In this document: positions 40,906 to 51,941 of the stretch, piece by piece
Numbering within the stretch: the stretch's first letter is position 1
How the letters are laid out: each line of letters starts with the position of its first letter
Assembly (NCBI GenBank): GCA_964646425.1
Contig: CAZYEI010000003.1
Location: 8,974 to 72,802 of the forward strand
Source: an uncultured Eubacteriales bacterium
Lineage (GTDB): Bacteria; Bacillota_I; Bacilli_A; RFN20; JAISJY01
Length of the DNA: 63,829 nt
Direction: 5' to 3'
Translations under genes and position numbers: made by a program
Notes under the pieces: model-generated
What the model saw: only the letters and a program-made list of their open reading frames with translations
The model's database searches: none
Told to the model about the DNA's origin: nothing

Positions 40906-41095
40906 TGCTTTCTTTGTACTTCGTGCGATATCTTCAGCCAATGAGAATAAAAAAGTATCATCAATGCTTAATGAAAAAGAATTAGAATATGAAGGTGTTC
41001 GTATAGATATAATTTTAGCTGAAGATTCAGAATATCAAAAAATTACAGAATACGACAAAACTAATCAAAATCAAAATGTTATTACCTTTAAATAG
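40808..41095 (+). CDS. divIC: DivIC/FtsB-like septum protein (divergent)
   Basis: One TM plus short coiled region; syntenic position after yabQ. Confidence 0.55.
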   Translation: MERRNQQPLIKWNQNRAGSILLLGISLILIIFSAFFVLRAISSANENKKVSSMLNEKELEYEGVRIDIILAEDSEYQKITEYDKTNQNQNVITFK

Positions 41096-41202
41096 CAGAA
41101 AAAAACTGCTATTTTTTTATTAGTCTAATAATGTGACATATTTTTTACTTATTTTAGTATAGAGTAATCAAAGAAAGGCAAGCAATTAAATTTGTTGATT
41201 AA

Positions 41203-43512
41203 ATGGTGAAAAATATGGAAGGATATTTAAATAAAGAGAGCAGTAAAAAAAGTACTAAAGGATTAATATCAAAGAAAATATTTGTAGATATTGAAAAAAA
41301 GATTGTCTTTTTAATCTTATCCTTTTTAATATCATTGTTAACATTTAGAGGAAATGTTTTGATAACTGTAATTCCGATTTTAGCTATTGGTTATTTATTA
41401 GATTTTGGCTATTTAATTTTTGCAATATTATCATGTGCTATTGGATGTATTATGCTTGGTTCGAATTATTTTTTATGCTATGCTATCATGATTTTTACTT
41501 TTTGTTTCTTTGCTTTTATTAGCCAGGTTTTTGCTTTTAAATTATATACACGTATTGGTATATGTGTCTTTGTTGGAGATATTTGTTCTCGAATTATTTG
41601 GCTGTTAGGAAATAAGCAAATTTTATCTATTGATATAATAGCATACTCTTGCATTTCTCTATTTCTCTATTGTCTTGGTGTTCAAGTGTTACAGATTTTT
41701 TTGCATAGAAGAATAGAAAGAATAAGTCAAAGATGTGCATTATCACTTGGAATTATTGTTATTCTTGCAATATGTGGATTCAGTAGAATAATTGATAATA
41801 CGCTACTTATATATGTACTTATAAATTTTTCTCTTTTAGTAATTTCACGAGTTTATGGAATTAGTTTATTATCCTATATTATTGTAGCTTCGGCTTTTTT
41901 ATTGTTTTATTTTTTTGATATGTCTTTTATTGATATTTCATTGTTTTGCATTCCAATTTTATTATCGCATTTATTAGGTAAAAATGGTAAATATCAGGCT
42001 GGTATCGCACATATTATTACATATTTTTGTCTAGGAATATTACATGGTAAAGATATTTTGACGTATGAATTTTTTTTAGTTCCGATAATTGTAATTATTT
42101 TGTTTTCTTGTATTCCTAATGCGTTTATTATAGAAATGCGAAGTCATATATTAAATGTAGAAACATTTGAAAATGAAAATATATTGCATATTAAGAAATT
42201 AGAAAATGAAGTTGTTAAAAAATTAAATAAATTTTCTACTTTATTTGAAACTGTTGCACAAGAATATAAAGATGATGAATCATATAAATTGGTAAAAAAA
42301 CAAACCAGTACTATCTTTAAAAACTTATGTATTAATTGTCCTAAAAATAAAATGTGTTATCAAAATAGTAATATAGAAAATATACCTTTATTTTTAAAAA
42401 GTATTACATTAGATTTATCTTCAAAAGAAATAAAGAAAATAAATGAAAATTGTTTGAAGCCGAGTAGATTTTTAGAGTTAAGTGCTACAATGAAAAATGA
42501 TTTCTATTTAGAATATCAATATGATCAACATTATAAAAATTTAAAAAAAGCATTATCATTTCAAATGTTAGGTTTTAAAGATATTCTAGACTCCTATAGT
42601 ATTAAAATTAAAGAAGAAAATTTACATTCAATGAAGTATAAGGATAGCTTAATTAAAAAAACATTAGAAGCTATGAATATAGATGTTTTATTTGTTAAAT
42701 CCAAAATGGCTTTAGATGGAAAACTAAATTTTTTATTAGATATAAAAGTAGATAATGTTCAAGATATTTATTCTCTTGTTCTTCCTGCATTGGAAAATGT
42801 ATTGCAATGTTGTTTAAAGGTTAATGATATTAAGGAAGTTATTATTGAGAATTATTATGCTTTAAATATAAAAGAATATGAAGTTTATGATTTTATATTA
42901 GGAATTCATCAACGAAGTAAAGATAGTCAGATTATTGGAGATTCATATCTAAGTTTTAGTGATTCTTTTAATCAAATTTTTGCAATTAGTGATGGTATGG
43001 GAGTTGGAGAAGAAGCAAGAGATGAGAGTAAAACAGCGATAAAACTCTTAAAAGAAGTATTAGAATGTGGTATGGATATTAAAAATACGATAATGATGAT
43101 TAATTCTTTGCTAAAAACTAAAAATAAATATGATATATATGCGACATTAGATTTAATTAATATTGATAAGAAAACGTTAAAAGCAAATTTTAGTAAAAAT
43201 GGAAGTCCTTTTTCTTATGTGTATCGAGGTGGTGAATTGCTAAAAATAGATCCATCTTCATTACCAATTGGAATTGTTGATGATATCGAAGTATATGATT
43301 GTTCAATTAATTTGCAAGAAGGTGATTATATTATTATGTTTAGTGATGGAATAAGTGGCAGTGAAAAAAAGATGAAGGAAATATTAAGCAGGTGCTCAAA
43401 TTATCATCCGCAAATTCTAGCAAAAGAGATTTTAGATAGTTTTGTAGGAAAAAAAATAAAAGATGATACTACAGTAATGGTTATAAAAATCCAAAAAAAA
43501 CAAAATAATTAG
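41203..43512 (+). CDS. spoIIE: Stage II sporulation protein E (PP2C phosphatase)
   Basis: About 10 N-terminal TM, C..C..K..C segment, GDSY, AISDGMG.G, ATLDL, MFSDG, DDTTV; syntenic. Confidence 0.9.
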   Translation: MVKNMEGYLNKESSKKSTKGLISKKIFVDIEKKIVFLILSFLISLLTFRGNVLITVIPILAIGYLLDFGYLIFAILSCAIGCIMLGSNYFLCYAIMIFTFCFFAFISQVFAFKLYTRIGICVFVGDICSRIIWLLGNKQILSIDIIAYSCISLFLYCLGVQVLQIFLHRRIERISQRCALSLGIIVILAICGFSRIIDNTLLIYVLINFSLLVISRVYGISLLSYIIVASAFLLFYFFDMSFIDISLFCIPILLSHLLGKNGKYQAGIAHIITYFCLGILHGKDILTYEFFLVPIIVIILFSCIPNAFIIEMRSHILNVETFENENILHIKKLENEVVKKLNKFSTLFETVAQEYKDDESYKLVKKQTSTIFKNLCINCPKNKMCYQNSNIENIPLFLKSITLDLSSKEIKKINENCLKPSRFLELSATMKNDFYLEYQYDQHYKNLKKALSFQMLGFKDILDSYSIKIKEENLHSMKYKDSLIKKTLEAMNIDVLFVKSKMALDGKLNFLLDIKVDNVQDIYSLVLPALENVLQCCLKVNDIKEVIIENYYALNIKEYEVYDFILGIHQRSKDSQIIGDSYLSFSDSFNQIFAISDGMGVGEEARDESKTAIKLLKEVLECGMDIKNTIMMINSLLKTKNKYDIYATLDLINIDKKTLKANFSKNGSPFSYVYRGGELLKIDPSSLPIGIVDDIEVYDCSINLQEGDYIIMFSDGISGSEKKMKEILSRCSNYHPQILAKEILDSFVGKKIKDDTTVMVIKIQKKQNN

Positions 43513-43541
43513 GTTTAAAAATAAAATAATTGCCCAAAATA
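43513..43541 (+). promoter_or_regulatory. Forespore (sigF/sigG-type) promoter
   Basis: GTTTA-14 nt-GCCCAAAATA versus sigF consensus GYWTA-N15-GGnnAnAnTA. Confidence 0.45.
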
Positions 43542-43557
43542 CAATTGGGTGATAAAA

Positions 43558-43956
43558 ATGAAAGGAAAACTTCTAGTAGCATCATTGGGTTTAGTACAAG
43601 CAATTAATTTTTTACCTCATTCTAATAATTTTTCTTATAAATATACAATTAAAGCAAATTCCACTTCAATTGCAGATATGCTTGTTTTATATGATGTCAA
43701 GCAAGAATTTATTGCTAGATATAATAATCTTGTATTAAGTGTTAATGAAAAATATCATGAACAAATTGTGAAAGATAATATTGACTCTTTTATTGATTCG
43801 GATTTAGGCACAAGTACATATACTAATGGAAAAATAGTTATTTGTATTGGAGAAGGAAAAGGAGGGAGTATCGAGGGTGAGTTAAGGAAAAGTGCTTGTG
43901 ATGAAGATGCAATAAATTATCGTATATACATTTTTGATTTAATTTTTGGAAGTTGA
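43558..43956 (+). CDS. Compact SpoIIR-like secreted protein
   Basis: Signal-like N-terminus, IKANS.S..D....DVK, IVICIGEGKG, C-terminal INYRIYIFDLI; no NWWCVLFP. Confidence 0.55.
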   Translation: MKGKLLVASLGLVQAINFLPHSNNFSYKYTIKANSTSIADMLVLYDVKQEFIARYNNLVLSVNEKYHEQIVKDNIDSFIDSDLGTSTYTNGKIVICIGEGKGGSIEGELRKSACDEDAINYRIYIFDLIFGS

Positions 43957-44075
43957 TTTTCAACAAGGGTGATTAGGTTCACTCTTTTTTATTTTATTGG
44001 TTAATACAATCATTTTATTTGCTAATAATTGATTAATAAAGTATAATATAAATGTCTATAGGTGTGGTGAAAAAT

Positions 44076-44981
44076 ATGAAATGTATTTTTATTTATAATC
44101 CTAATAGTGGAAAAGGAAAAGTAGCTAAAAAGAAAGATTATATTTTTAATAAGTTAAAAGAAAAGTTTGATGAAGTTGAAATGATTGCAACTCAATACCC
44201 AAAACATGCTTTATTATTAGCTGATGAGGTTTGTGAAAAATGCGATTACTTAATTTTTTCTGGTGGAGATGGAACTTTTAATGAGATAGTTCAAGGTGTA
44301 GCTTCACATGAAAAAAGACCAATACTTGGGTATATTCCTACCGGTACCGTAAATGATAATGCTAAAAACTTAGGAATGTCGAAAAATATAAAAAAATCAT
44401 TAAAAATAATTCTTAATGATAAACAAATAGATATGGATATTTGTAAAATTGGAAATCAATATTTTTCATATGTTGCTGCGCTTGGATCGTTTTCTGCGAT
44501 TAGTTATGCTACAAAGCAAAGGAGTAAAAAGGTTTTAGGTGCTTTAGCATATGCTCTAAATGGAATTGATGATTTCTTTCATACGAAGAATTTTGATGTA
44601 AAGATTACCTTGCCCGACGGAAGAATATATGAAAATAATTGTGCTTTTCTAGGGGTTTTAAATTCTCGTTCTGTTGGAGGATTTAGATTTAATAAAGAGG
44701 CTGATATTTCTGATGGATTGATTGATTTTGTTATGGTTGATTCATTGATTTATAAAGAACGAGTAATGTCTATATGTTCTTCTTTTAGAATTTTTAATTT
44801 ATTTTTAAGAGGAATAAAGAAAAAAAGAGATGTTAGACATGTAACTCATTTTATTGCTACTAGTGCAAAAATTGAACTTTCGGATAATGTTGTTTGGTGT
44901 CTTGATGGTGAAAAAGGTGAAAGTGGTAGTAAAAATATTGAAATGTTACATCACCATCTTAAAATTATTACTAAAGGGTAG
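44076..44981 (+). CDS. Diacylglycerol/lipid kinase (YegS/DgkB family)
   Basis: IYNPNSGKG, GGDGTFNE, GYIPTGTVND, DGE. Confidence 0.9.
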   Translation: MKCIFIYNPNSGKGKVAKKKDYIFNKLKEKFDEVEMIATQYPKHALLLADEVCEKCDYLIFSGGDGTFNEIVQGVASHEKRPILGYIPTGTVNDNAKNLGMSKNIKKSLKIILNDKQIDMDICKIGNQYFSYVAALGSFSAISYATKQRSKKVLGALAYALNGIDDFFHTKNFDVKITLPDGRIYENNCAFLGVLNSRSVGGFRFNKEADISDGLIDFVMVDSLIYKERVMSICSSFRIFNLFLRGIKKKRDVRHVTHFIATSAKIELSDNVVWCLDGEKGESGSKNIEMLHHHLKIITKG

Positions 44982-45090
44982 TATTACTACTCTTTTTATC
45001 TATAAAAAAGCAATATTTTATTAATATTTATTGTTTTGTTAATAATTAGTTTATTTAATTTTATTAAAATATTGAAATGGAGGGGGAAAA

Positions 45091-46350
45091 ATGAATCAAA
45101 AATTTATCGATATGATAAATAAGCTTAATTTAAATGATGTTTTTCTAGTTGCAGTATCTGGTGGGCCGGATTCAATGGCACTACTCCATATGCTTAAAAA
45201 TTATTCAATAAAAATCGTTGTTTGTCATGTAAATTATAAAACAAGAAATGAAAGTGATTTTGAAGAAGAACTTGTAAGAAAATATGCTATAGAAAATAAT
45301 TTGATTTTTGAATATTGCAATGTAAGCAAAAATGATATTGCTAACTTCCAAGATAGTGCTAGAGTATTTAGATATGCCTTTTTTAAAAAAATGTATGATA
45401 AATACAATGCTAAGGGATTAATAGTAGCTCATCATTTAGATGATTCTTTAGAAACATATTTATTACAAAAAAAGCGAAAAAGTATTGTAAGACATTATGG
45501 TATTGCTTATCATACTTCGTTAATGGGAATGGAAGTATATCGTCCTTTACTTGCTTATCGCAAAAAAGAGTTATTAGAATTTTGTCAAAAAAATGAAATT
45601 CCCTATTCTATTGATTACACAAATAATCTCCCTAAATATCAAAGAAATATTATTAGATTAAATACAATCAATAATTTAACTGATAAAGAATTATGTGCTT
45701 TGATAGAAGAAATGAACCAGAAAGAAAAAGAGAATGAATTGCTTTTTGAACAAGTTAATGACTTGTTAAATAAATGCTTATTAAATGAATTTTTAGATGT
45801 AAATATTTTTAGGGGAATAGCAGAGAAGTATAAGATTTATGTTTTATATTCATATTTACAACCATTAATATTAAGAAGTTCTAAAGTTTTATCGAAATCA
45901 TTTTTAAAGGATTTAATTCAGCAAATTGAAGATTGTCAAAGTAATAAGAAATATATAATTGATCGGAAGTATTTTTTGTATCAAGAGTATAATAAGCTTC
46001 ATGTTGAGAAAAATGAAGAAATCAGTTATTGTTATTACTTAAATAAAAATGAGGAAATTATTACTCCATATTTTAGTGTTAATAAAACTGGAGATAATAA
46101 GAATGGAATTTATCTAGCTGATGATGAATATCCTATAATGATTAGAAATTATCGTGATGGTGATGAAATTGTTTTAGAAAACGGTCATAAAAAATTACGA
46201 AGATGGTTTATAGATAAAAAAGTACCATTGTCTAAAAGAAAAAAGATCCCTTTATTATTTAATTGTCAGGGGAAATTAGTTTATATTCCTTATTTATACA
46301 AGGATTTTGAGCGTAAAAACTTGCAATCAACTTTATTTATGATAGAATAA
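45091..46350 (+). CDS. tilS: tRNA(Ile)-lysidine synthetase
   Basis: VAVSGGPDSMALL, HVNY, AR..RY, AHH.DD..ET, RPLL, RN.IR. Confidence 0.95.
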   Translation: MNQKFIDMINKLNLNDVFLVAVSGGPDSMALLHMLKNYSIKIVVCHVNYKTRNESDFEEELVRKYAIENNLIFEYCNVSKNDIANFQDSARVFRYAFFKKMYDKYNAKGLIVAHHLDDSLETYLLQKKRKSIVRHYGIAYHTSLMGMEVYRPLLAYRKKELLEFCQKNEIPYSIDYTNNLPKYQRNIIRLNTINNLTDKELCALIEEMNQKEKENELLFEQVNDLLNKCLLNEFLDVNIFRGIAEKYKIYVLYSYLQPLILRSSKVLSKSFLKDLIQQIEDCQSNKKYIIDRKYFLYQEYNKLHVEKNEEISYCYYLNKNEEIITPYFSVNKTGDNKNGIYLADDEYPIMIRNYRDGDEIVLENGHKKLRRWFIDKKVPLSKRKKIPLLFNCQGKLVYIPYLYKDFERKNLQSTLFMIE

Positions 46351-46385
46351 TTTATGTATTTGTTTAGGAAAGGCGGCTAAGTCTA

Positions 46386-46937
46386 ATGAGAAATATAAAT
46401 GATGACATTGAAAGGGTCTTAATTGATCATGAAACTATTATTAATCGTTGTAAGGAATTAGGAAAGCAAATAAGCGAAGAATATGAAGGAAAAGATTTAA
46501 TTTTAATATGTATCTTGAAAGGTTCAATTCCTTTTCTTAGTGAATTAATTAAACATATCACAATTGATGTTAGATTTGAATGTATGTGTCTATCAAGTTA
46601 TCATGGAACTACGCAATCTAGTGGTGATGTTAAAATTATTAAAGATATCGATTGTTCTTTGGTTGGTAAGGATGTTATTATAGTTGAAGATATTGTAGAT
46701 ACAGGTAGAACGTTGCAATGCCTTCAAGAATTGTTAAAATTCAGGAAAGCCAATAGTGTTAAGATTATGACATTAATAAGTAAAAAAGTTAAAAGAATTT
46801 GTGATATTGATGTTGATTATGTCGGCTTTGAAATTGATGATTATTTCATTGTTGGTTTTGGCTTAGATTATAAAGAAAATTATCGTAATATTCCTTACAT
46901 CGGAATACTAAAAAAAGAGGCAATAGGAGGCGTATAA
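46386..46937 (+). CDS. hpt: Hypoxanthine phosphoribosyltransferase
   Basis: [34 protein letters not shown]. Confidence 0.96.
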   Translation: MRNINDDIERVLIDHETIINRCKELGKQISEEYEGKDLILICILKGSIPFLSELIKHITIDVRFECMCLSSYHGTTQSSGDVKIIKDIDCSLVGKDVIIVEDIVDTGRTLQCLQELLKFRKANSVKIMTLISKKVKRICDIDVDYVGFEIDDYFIVGFGLDYKENYRNIPYIGILKKEAIGGV

Positions 46938-46941
46938 AATA

Positions 46942-48981
46942 ATGAACAATTTTAATAAAAATAGAAAAAAGAAAGGAATTTGGTCCATTTTATTACCATA
47001 TCTAATTTGTTTTGGCATGGTATTATTAGTGGTTTATTTCTTTAGTGGAAGTGGCTCAAAAGATTCTAATTGGGGGCAAAGTCAATTATTGAATAATGTT
47101 AATGTGACCATAGATGAGCTTAATGATGATAAGGAACCTACAATAGTTTTTAAAGAAGCAAGTGCTACTTATCCATCTAGCCAATCTGAGTTGTATACAT
47201 TAGTAGGAACTTGTGAAGTAAAAAATAGTGATGGAGAAAAAACTGCTTATACATTCGAAATACAGTTTAATTTAAATGCTCCAAATGAAAAAGAAATATA
47301 TATCGATGTAATAACTGGATTTGAAACAATCGAAAATTTGACTCAAAAAACTATTTGGAAAGGTGCTCAACCTGCTAGCGAATCAGGAAATACTTTCTTA
47401 ACAATTTTAATAAATATTATTATTCCGGTTGGTGGAGTTTTGTTAGTAGTATTTATTATGTTTAAGATGTTAGGAGGAGTTGGCGGCGGTGCTGGCGGAA
47501 AAGCTTTTGATTTTGGAAAGTCTACTGCTAAAGAACAAAAAAATCTTCATGTTAAATTTGCTGATGTAGCTGGTTGTGATGAAGAAAAAGCTGAAATGCA
47601 AGAATTAGTAGAATATCTAAGACATCCTGCTAAATTTACTGATATGGGTGCAAGAATTCCAAAAGGTGTAATTCTAAAAGGCCCACCTGGTACAGGAAAA
47701 ACATTGTTAGCTAAGGCTGTTGCTGGGGAAGCTGAAGTTCCATTTTACTTTATTTCTGGTAGTGATTTTGTTGAAATGTTTGTTGGTGTTGGTGCATCTC
47801 GTGTTCGTGATATGTTTAAAACAGCCAAAGAACATGCTCCAAGTATGATTTTCATTGATGAAATTGACGCTGTTGGTCGTCAAAGAGGCGCTGGTTTAGG
47901 TGGCGGCCATGATGAAAGAGAACAAACACTTAACCAACTATTAGTAGAATTAGATGGTTTCGGTTCAAATTCAGGTGTTATCGTTATTGCTGCTACAAAT
48001 AGACCTGATGTATTAGATCCGGCTTTATTAAGACCTGGTCGTTTCGATCGTCAAATAACTGTTAATCTTCCGGATAAAAAAGGAAGAGAAGCGATTTTAA
48101 AAGTTCATGCTCGTAATAAGAAAGTAAGTCCAACTGTTGATTTTGCTCATGTTGCAAGTAGAACACCTGGATTTAGTGGTGCTGAACTAGAAAATGTTTT
48201 AAACGAAGCAGCTATTTTGGCAGTTCGTTTAAATAAGAAAGAAATTTCTACTTCTGATATTGATGAAGCAATTGATCGTGTAATGGGCGGACCTGCTAAG
48301 AAGGGTAAAGTTATGTCAATTAAAGAAAGAAATTTAGTTGCATATCACGAATCAGGACACGCAATTGTGGGATTAGTCGTTGAAACAGCAGATGTAGTTC
48401 AAAAAGTTACAATTATTCCTCGTGGTGATGCTGGTGGTTATGTCTTGATGACTCCAGAAGATGATCATTTCTTGCAAACTAAGGGTGAGTTATTAGATAA
48501 GATTTGCGGCTTACTTGCAGGTAGAGTAGCTGAAGAAGTATTCTTTGATGATGTTACAACAGGTGCTCATAATGATATTGAAAAAGCTACTAGAATTGCT
48601 CGCTTAATGGTTACAGAACTTGGTATGTCAGAATTAGGACCAATTCAATACGAAAAGAATACTGGTAGTGTTTTCCTTGGAAGAGATTATGCTAATAATG
48701 ACAAAGTTTATTCAAGTGAAATTGCTGTTCAAATTGATAAAGCTGTAAGAAAGATTATTGATGAAGCTTATGAAAGAGCTAGAAGAGTTATTATTGAAAA
48801 TCGTGATAAACTTCAATTGGTTGCTCAAACCTTATTAATTCAAGAAACTTTGACTAATGAAGAAATTGTATCACTATATAAAACAGGATATTTGCCTAAT
48901 CAACAACCAAAAGAAGAAATTGTTGAAAAAGAGATTAGCGATAGTAATTTAGATATCGAAAATAATCAAAAGAATAATTAG
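46942..48981 (+). CDS. ftsH: ATP-dependent zinc metalloprotease FtsH
   Basis: [33 protein letters not shown]. Confidence 0.98.
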   Translation: MNNFNKNRKKKGIWSILLPYLICFGMVLLVVYFFSGSGSKDSNWGQSQLLNNVNVTIDELNDDKEPTIVFKEASATYPSSQSELYTLVGTCEVKNSDGEKTAYTFEIQFNLNAPNEKEIYIDVITGFETIENLTQKTIWKGAQPASESGNTFLTILINIIIPVGGVLLVVFIMFKMLGGVGGGAGGKAFDFGKSTAKEQKNLHVKFADVAGCDEEKAEMQELVEYLRHPAKFTDMGARIPKGVILKGPPGTGKTLLAKAVAGEAEVPFYFISGSDFVEMFVGVGASRVRDMFKTAKEHAPSMIFIDEIDAVGRQRGAGLGGGHDEREQTLNQLLVELDGFGSNSGVIVIAATNRPDVLDPALLRPGRFDRQITVNLPDKKGREAILKVHARNKKVSPTVDFAHVASRTPGFSGAELENVLNEAAILAVRLNKKEISTSDIDEAIDRVMGGPAKKGKVMSIKERNLVAYHESGHAIVGLVVETADVVQKVTIIPRGDAGGYVLMTPEDDHFLQTKGELLDKICGLLAGRVAEEVFFDDVTTGAHNDIEKATRIARLMVTELGMSELGPIQYEKNTGSVFLGRDYANNDKVYSSEIAVQIDKAVRKIIDEAYERARRVIIENRDKLQLVAQTLLIQETLTNEEIVSLYKTGYLPNQQPKEEIVEKEISDSNLDIENNQKNN

Positions 48982-48986
48982 TTTTG

Positions 48987-49016
48987 AAGAACTATACTTG
49001 TACGAGTATAGTTCTT
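48987..49016 (+). terminator. Terminator after ftsH
   Basis: AAGAACTATACT-6 nt-AGTATAGTTCTT. Confidence 0.7.
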
Positions 49017-49077
49017 ATTGTTTTTAAAGATATTTTTTGTTAGAATGATGTATGTTTAGAGAGTTGGTGTTATTATT

Positions 49078-49974
49078 ATGGGAAATTTAATTAGAGGATT
49101 AATAAAAAATCATAGAGTGAGATTCTTGGCATGTAATACTAAAGATATTGTTCAAGAAATATGTAATTTAAGACAAACAACTCCTGTTGTTAGTGCTGCA
49201 CTTGGCAGACTTGTTAGTGTTGGAGCAATGATGGGTAAAATGGAAAAAGATGATAATGCTGTTGTTTCACTTAGGATACAAGGTGAAGGTCCAATTAGAA
49301 TGTTAATTGTGGATGCTACAGGCTCAGGAAAAATAAGAGGATATGTTGCTAATCCTTATGTTGATATCCCACTTAAAGATAATGGCCATTTAGATGTTGG
49401 TAAAGCAATTGGAAAAGGTATTTTAAGTGTTACTAAAAGTCTAGGACTAAAACAAGATTTTGAAGGTCAAGTAGAACTTCAAACTGGAGAGATAGGAGAT
49501 GATTTTAGTTATTATTTCCTAACTTCAGAACAAACACCTTCTGTTGTTGCTGTAGGAGTTTTAGTTGATGTTGATTATTCCATAAAATATGCAGGTGGTA
49601 TGATTGTTCAAATGCTTCCTGATGCTAGTGAAGAGGATTTTGTTTTTGTTGAAAACTGTATAAAAAATCTTAATTCATTTACAAAACTATTAGAAGATTA
49701 TAATGAAAATTTACATGAAATTATGTGTAATATTTTCGGTGAAACAGAATATGAGGAAAGTCATGATTTAGTGTATGAGTGTAGTTGTAGTGTTGAAAAG
49801 TTCGTTGACTTGATTGCCACATTACCGATAGATAATATCAAGGAAATGATTGATGAGGATCATGGTGCTGAGGTTCGCTGTAATTTTTGTGGAAAAACAC
49901 ATAATTTAACTCAAGATGATTTAACTATAAGTTTAAAAAAAGCTATAGAAAATAAAAATAGAAAGAAAGATTAA
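49078..49974 (+). CDS. hslO: Redox-regulated chaperone Hsp33
   Basis: GEIGDDF.YY...SEQTPS, CSCS...CNFC zinc motif. Confidence 0.95.
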   Translation: MGNLIRGLIKNHRVRFLACNTKDIVQEICNLRQTTPVVSAALGRLVSVGAMMGKMEKDDNAVVSLRIQGEGPIRMLIVDATGSGKIRGYVANPYVDIPLKDNGHLDVGKAIGKGILSVTKSLGLKQDFEGQVELQTGEIGDDFSYYFLTSEQTPSVVAVGVLVDVDYSIKYAGGMIVQMLPDASEEDFVFVENCIKNLNSFTKLLEDYNENLHEIMCNIFGETEYEESHDLVYECSCSVEKFVDLIATLPIDNIKEMIDEDHGAEVRCNFCGKTHNLTQDDLTISLKKAIENKNRKKD

Positions 49975-50025
49975 CATAAAAACAACCCATCATTCATATA
50001 ACATAATGAAGGTGGGTTTTTTATT

Positions 50026-50547
50026 ATGGGAAATTACCAAGAAATTGTAACTAAGGCTGTAATTGGAAAAGGAAAAAAACAAACGAGTGTTACTCATGAT
50101 ATTATAACAGAATATGAGCCGAGTAAAGTACTTGGATGTTGGATTATTAATCATAAGTATAATTGTTTTGTAGATAATGAAATAGTATATATAGAAGGAC
50201 AATATGATGCTCATATTTGGTATGCTTGTAATGAAGATGAAGATACAAATTTAGTTAAAACAACACTTAAATATAAAGAAGATATTCCTTTTAAAATGAA
50301 AAAAGGAGAAGTATTATCTCCTAAAATTGAATTAAAAGGATATTGCCCTAAATATCCAACTTGTTCTTCGCTTCTTATTAATGAAGATAAAAAAATTAGT
50401 TTCATTGTTGATAAAGATTTTATTGTTGATGCAATCGGTGAAGCTGTAATTAAAGTACAAGTTAGCCAAGTATTAGTGGATGAATGGGCTATTGATGAAG
50501 AAATAGATAAAAATGTAAATCCTGATTATATTAAAGATAAAGAATAA
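50026..50547 (+). CDS. cotE: Outer spore coat morphogenetic protein CotE
   Basis: YQEIVTKAVIGKG, PSKVLGCWIINH, G.YD..IWY. Confidence 0.92.
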   Translation: MGNYQEIVTKAVIGKGKKQTSVTHDIITEYEPSKVLGCWIINHKYNCFVDNEIVYIEGQYDAHIWYACNEDEDTNLVKTTLKYKEDIPFKMKKGEVLSPKIELKGYCPKYPTCSSLLINEDKKISFIVDKDFIVDAIGEAVIKVQVSQVLVDEWAIDEEIDKNVNPDYIKDKE

Positions 50548-50550
50548 ATA

Positions 50551-50886
50551 TTACATTAACCGATTTAGAGCAAAAGAGAAAATTAAAATAACAATTCTAA
50601 TGAGAATATATAGAACTACTAATAAATTTAAGATTAAAGCAGTTTGAGCTAGATTGTTAGTTTTAAGTGTATCTTTGTAAGCTTTTTGATGAATTATAAA
50701 TCCCATACCAGCAAATACAACCATCGGAATAATAAAAATTAATGATTTTTCAGCAAAAAAGGATATTGAAACAGCAATAAGCCCACAAACAATTGATAGG
50801 ATTGTCATCCAAAATTTCCTTTTACTTAGATTGCTTACAGGTTCAAAAGTTATATTTAATTTTTGCTTTTGTTTATTATTTTGCAT
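50551..50886 (-). CDS. Small 3-TM membrane protein
   Basis: 111 aa, starts 2 nt after the kinase stop. Confidence 0.65.
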   Translation of the reverse strand: MQNNKQKQKLNITFEPVSNLSKRKFWMTILSIVCGLIAVSISFFAEKSLIFIIPMVVFAGMGFIIHQKAYKDTLKTNNLAQTALILNLLVVLYILIRIVILIFSFALNRLM

Positions 50887-50888
50887 AA

Positions 50889-51941
50889 TTATTTCTCCTC
50901 GATTATTGGTAAAGTTATCGTAAATGTTGTTCCTTTATTTAAGTTACTATCGACAGCTATTTTACCATTACATAATTTTAAAATCTCATTAACAATGGCA
51001 AGACCTAAACCATTTCCTTTAGTAGAATGAGAAGTATCTGCTTGATAAAATTTATCAAAGATATGGGCAATCTCGGCATTTGATATGCCTATGCCATCAT
51101 CACATATTTTAATAATATAATTATTATCTTCTTTTTTACTTAAAATTTCAATATGACCATTTGGATTTGTGAATTTAATAGCATTGCTAATTAAATTAAT
51201 CCAAATTTGTTTAATCAATTCTTCATTTCCATGATACTTCATCGTAATAATATCAACATTTATATCAATATTTTTATCTTCCCATTGTTTAACGAATAAT
51301 AAAACACTCTGTCTAATTTGTTCATCAAGAAAGAAGTTTGTTGTTTTAGGTAATTCATTGGTTTCTGTTTGTAATTTTGATAATAATAATACATTTGTAG
51401 CTAAATCAGATAATCGATTTGCTTCATTGATTATAATATTGATATATTCTTCTTTTTCTTCTTCGGTTGTTGAAGGATCTTTTAATAATTTAGCAAATCC
51501 CAGCATTGAAACTAATGGGGTTTTAAATTCATGTGAGAAATTTGCAATAAAATCAGATCTTAATGTTTCGATGCTATTTAATTCCTTAACCATTTTATTA
51601 AAATTATGAATTATATCATTTATTTTGGGACTATTATAATAATGTTCATCTAGTTGGATTTCAAAATTCCCTTTAGCTACTTCATTTAATGCTTTAATAA
51701 TTTTTTTAGTTATCGAAGAAAAATTATTTGAAAAAACGGGTGTCACCATTAAACCAATGACAATACTAGCACTAAGTAATATTGTTGCTGTTATTAGAGG
51801 ATTAAATCTATGGGGATTAACAACATTAAGGTGTAAAATAATTGCGTAAATAACCATAAGTAGGATATTTGAAAAAAACATAATTGTAAAAATAATTGCA
51901 ATTAGTTTTAATTTAATTGAGTATTCTTTGTTTTTTTTCAT
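50889..51941 (-). CDS. HAMP sensor histidine kinase (HssS-like)
   Basis: 2 TM, FSHEFKTPL, NLISNAIKF, DDGIG, IFDKFYQ, GNGLGL. Confidence 0.92.
   Translation of the reverse strand: MKKNKEYSIKLKLIAIIFTIMFFSNILLMVIYAIILHLNVVNPHRFNPLITATILLSASIVIGLMVTPVFSNNFSSITKKIIKALNEVAKGNFEIQLDEHYYNSPKINDIIHNFNKMVKELNSIETLRSDFIANFSHEFKTPLVSMLGFAKLLKDPSTTEEEKEEYINIIINEANRLSDLATNVLLLSKLQTETNELPKTTNFFLDEQIRQSVLLFVKQWEDKNIDINVDIITMKYHGNEELIKQIWINLISNAIKFTNPNGHIEILSKKEDNNYIIKICDDGIGISNAEIAHIFDKFYQADTSHSTKGNGLGLAIVNEILKLCNGKIAVDSNLNKGTTFTITLPIIEEK

Noticed and set aside
41096-41202. tRNA genes found before spoIIE in B. subtilis
   Set aside because: No cloverleaf or T-loop motif; only a terminator and AT-rich promoter DNA
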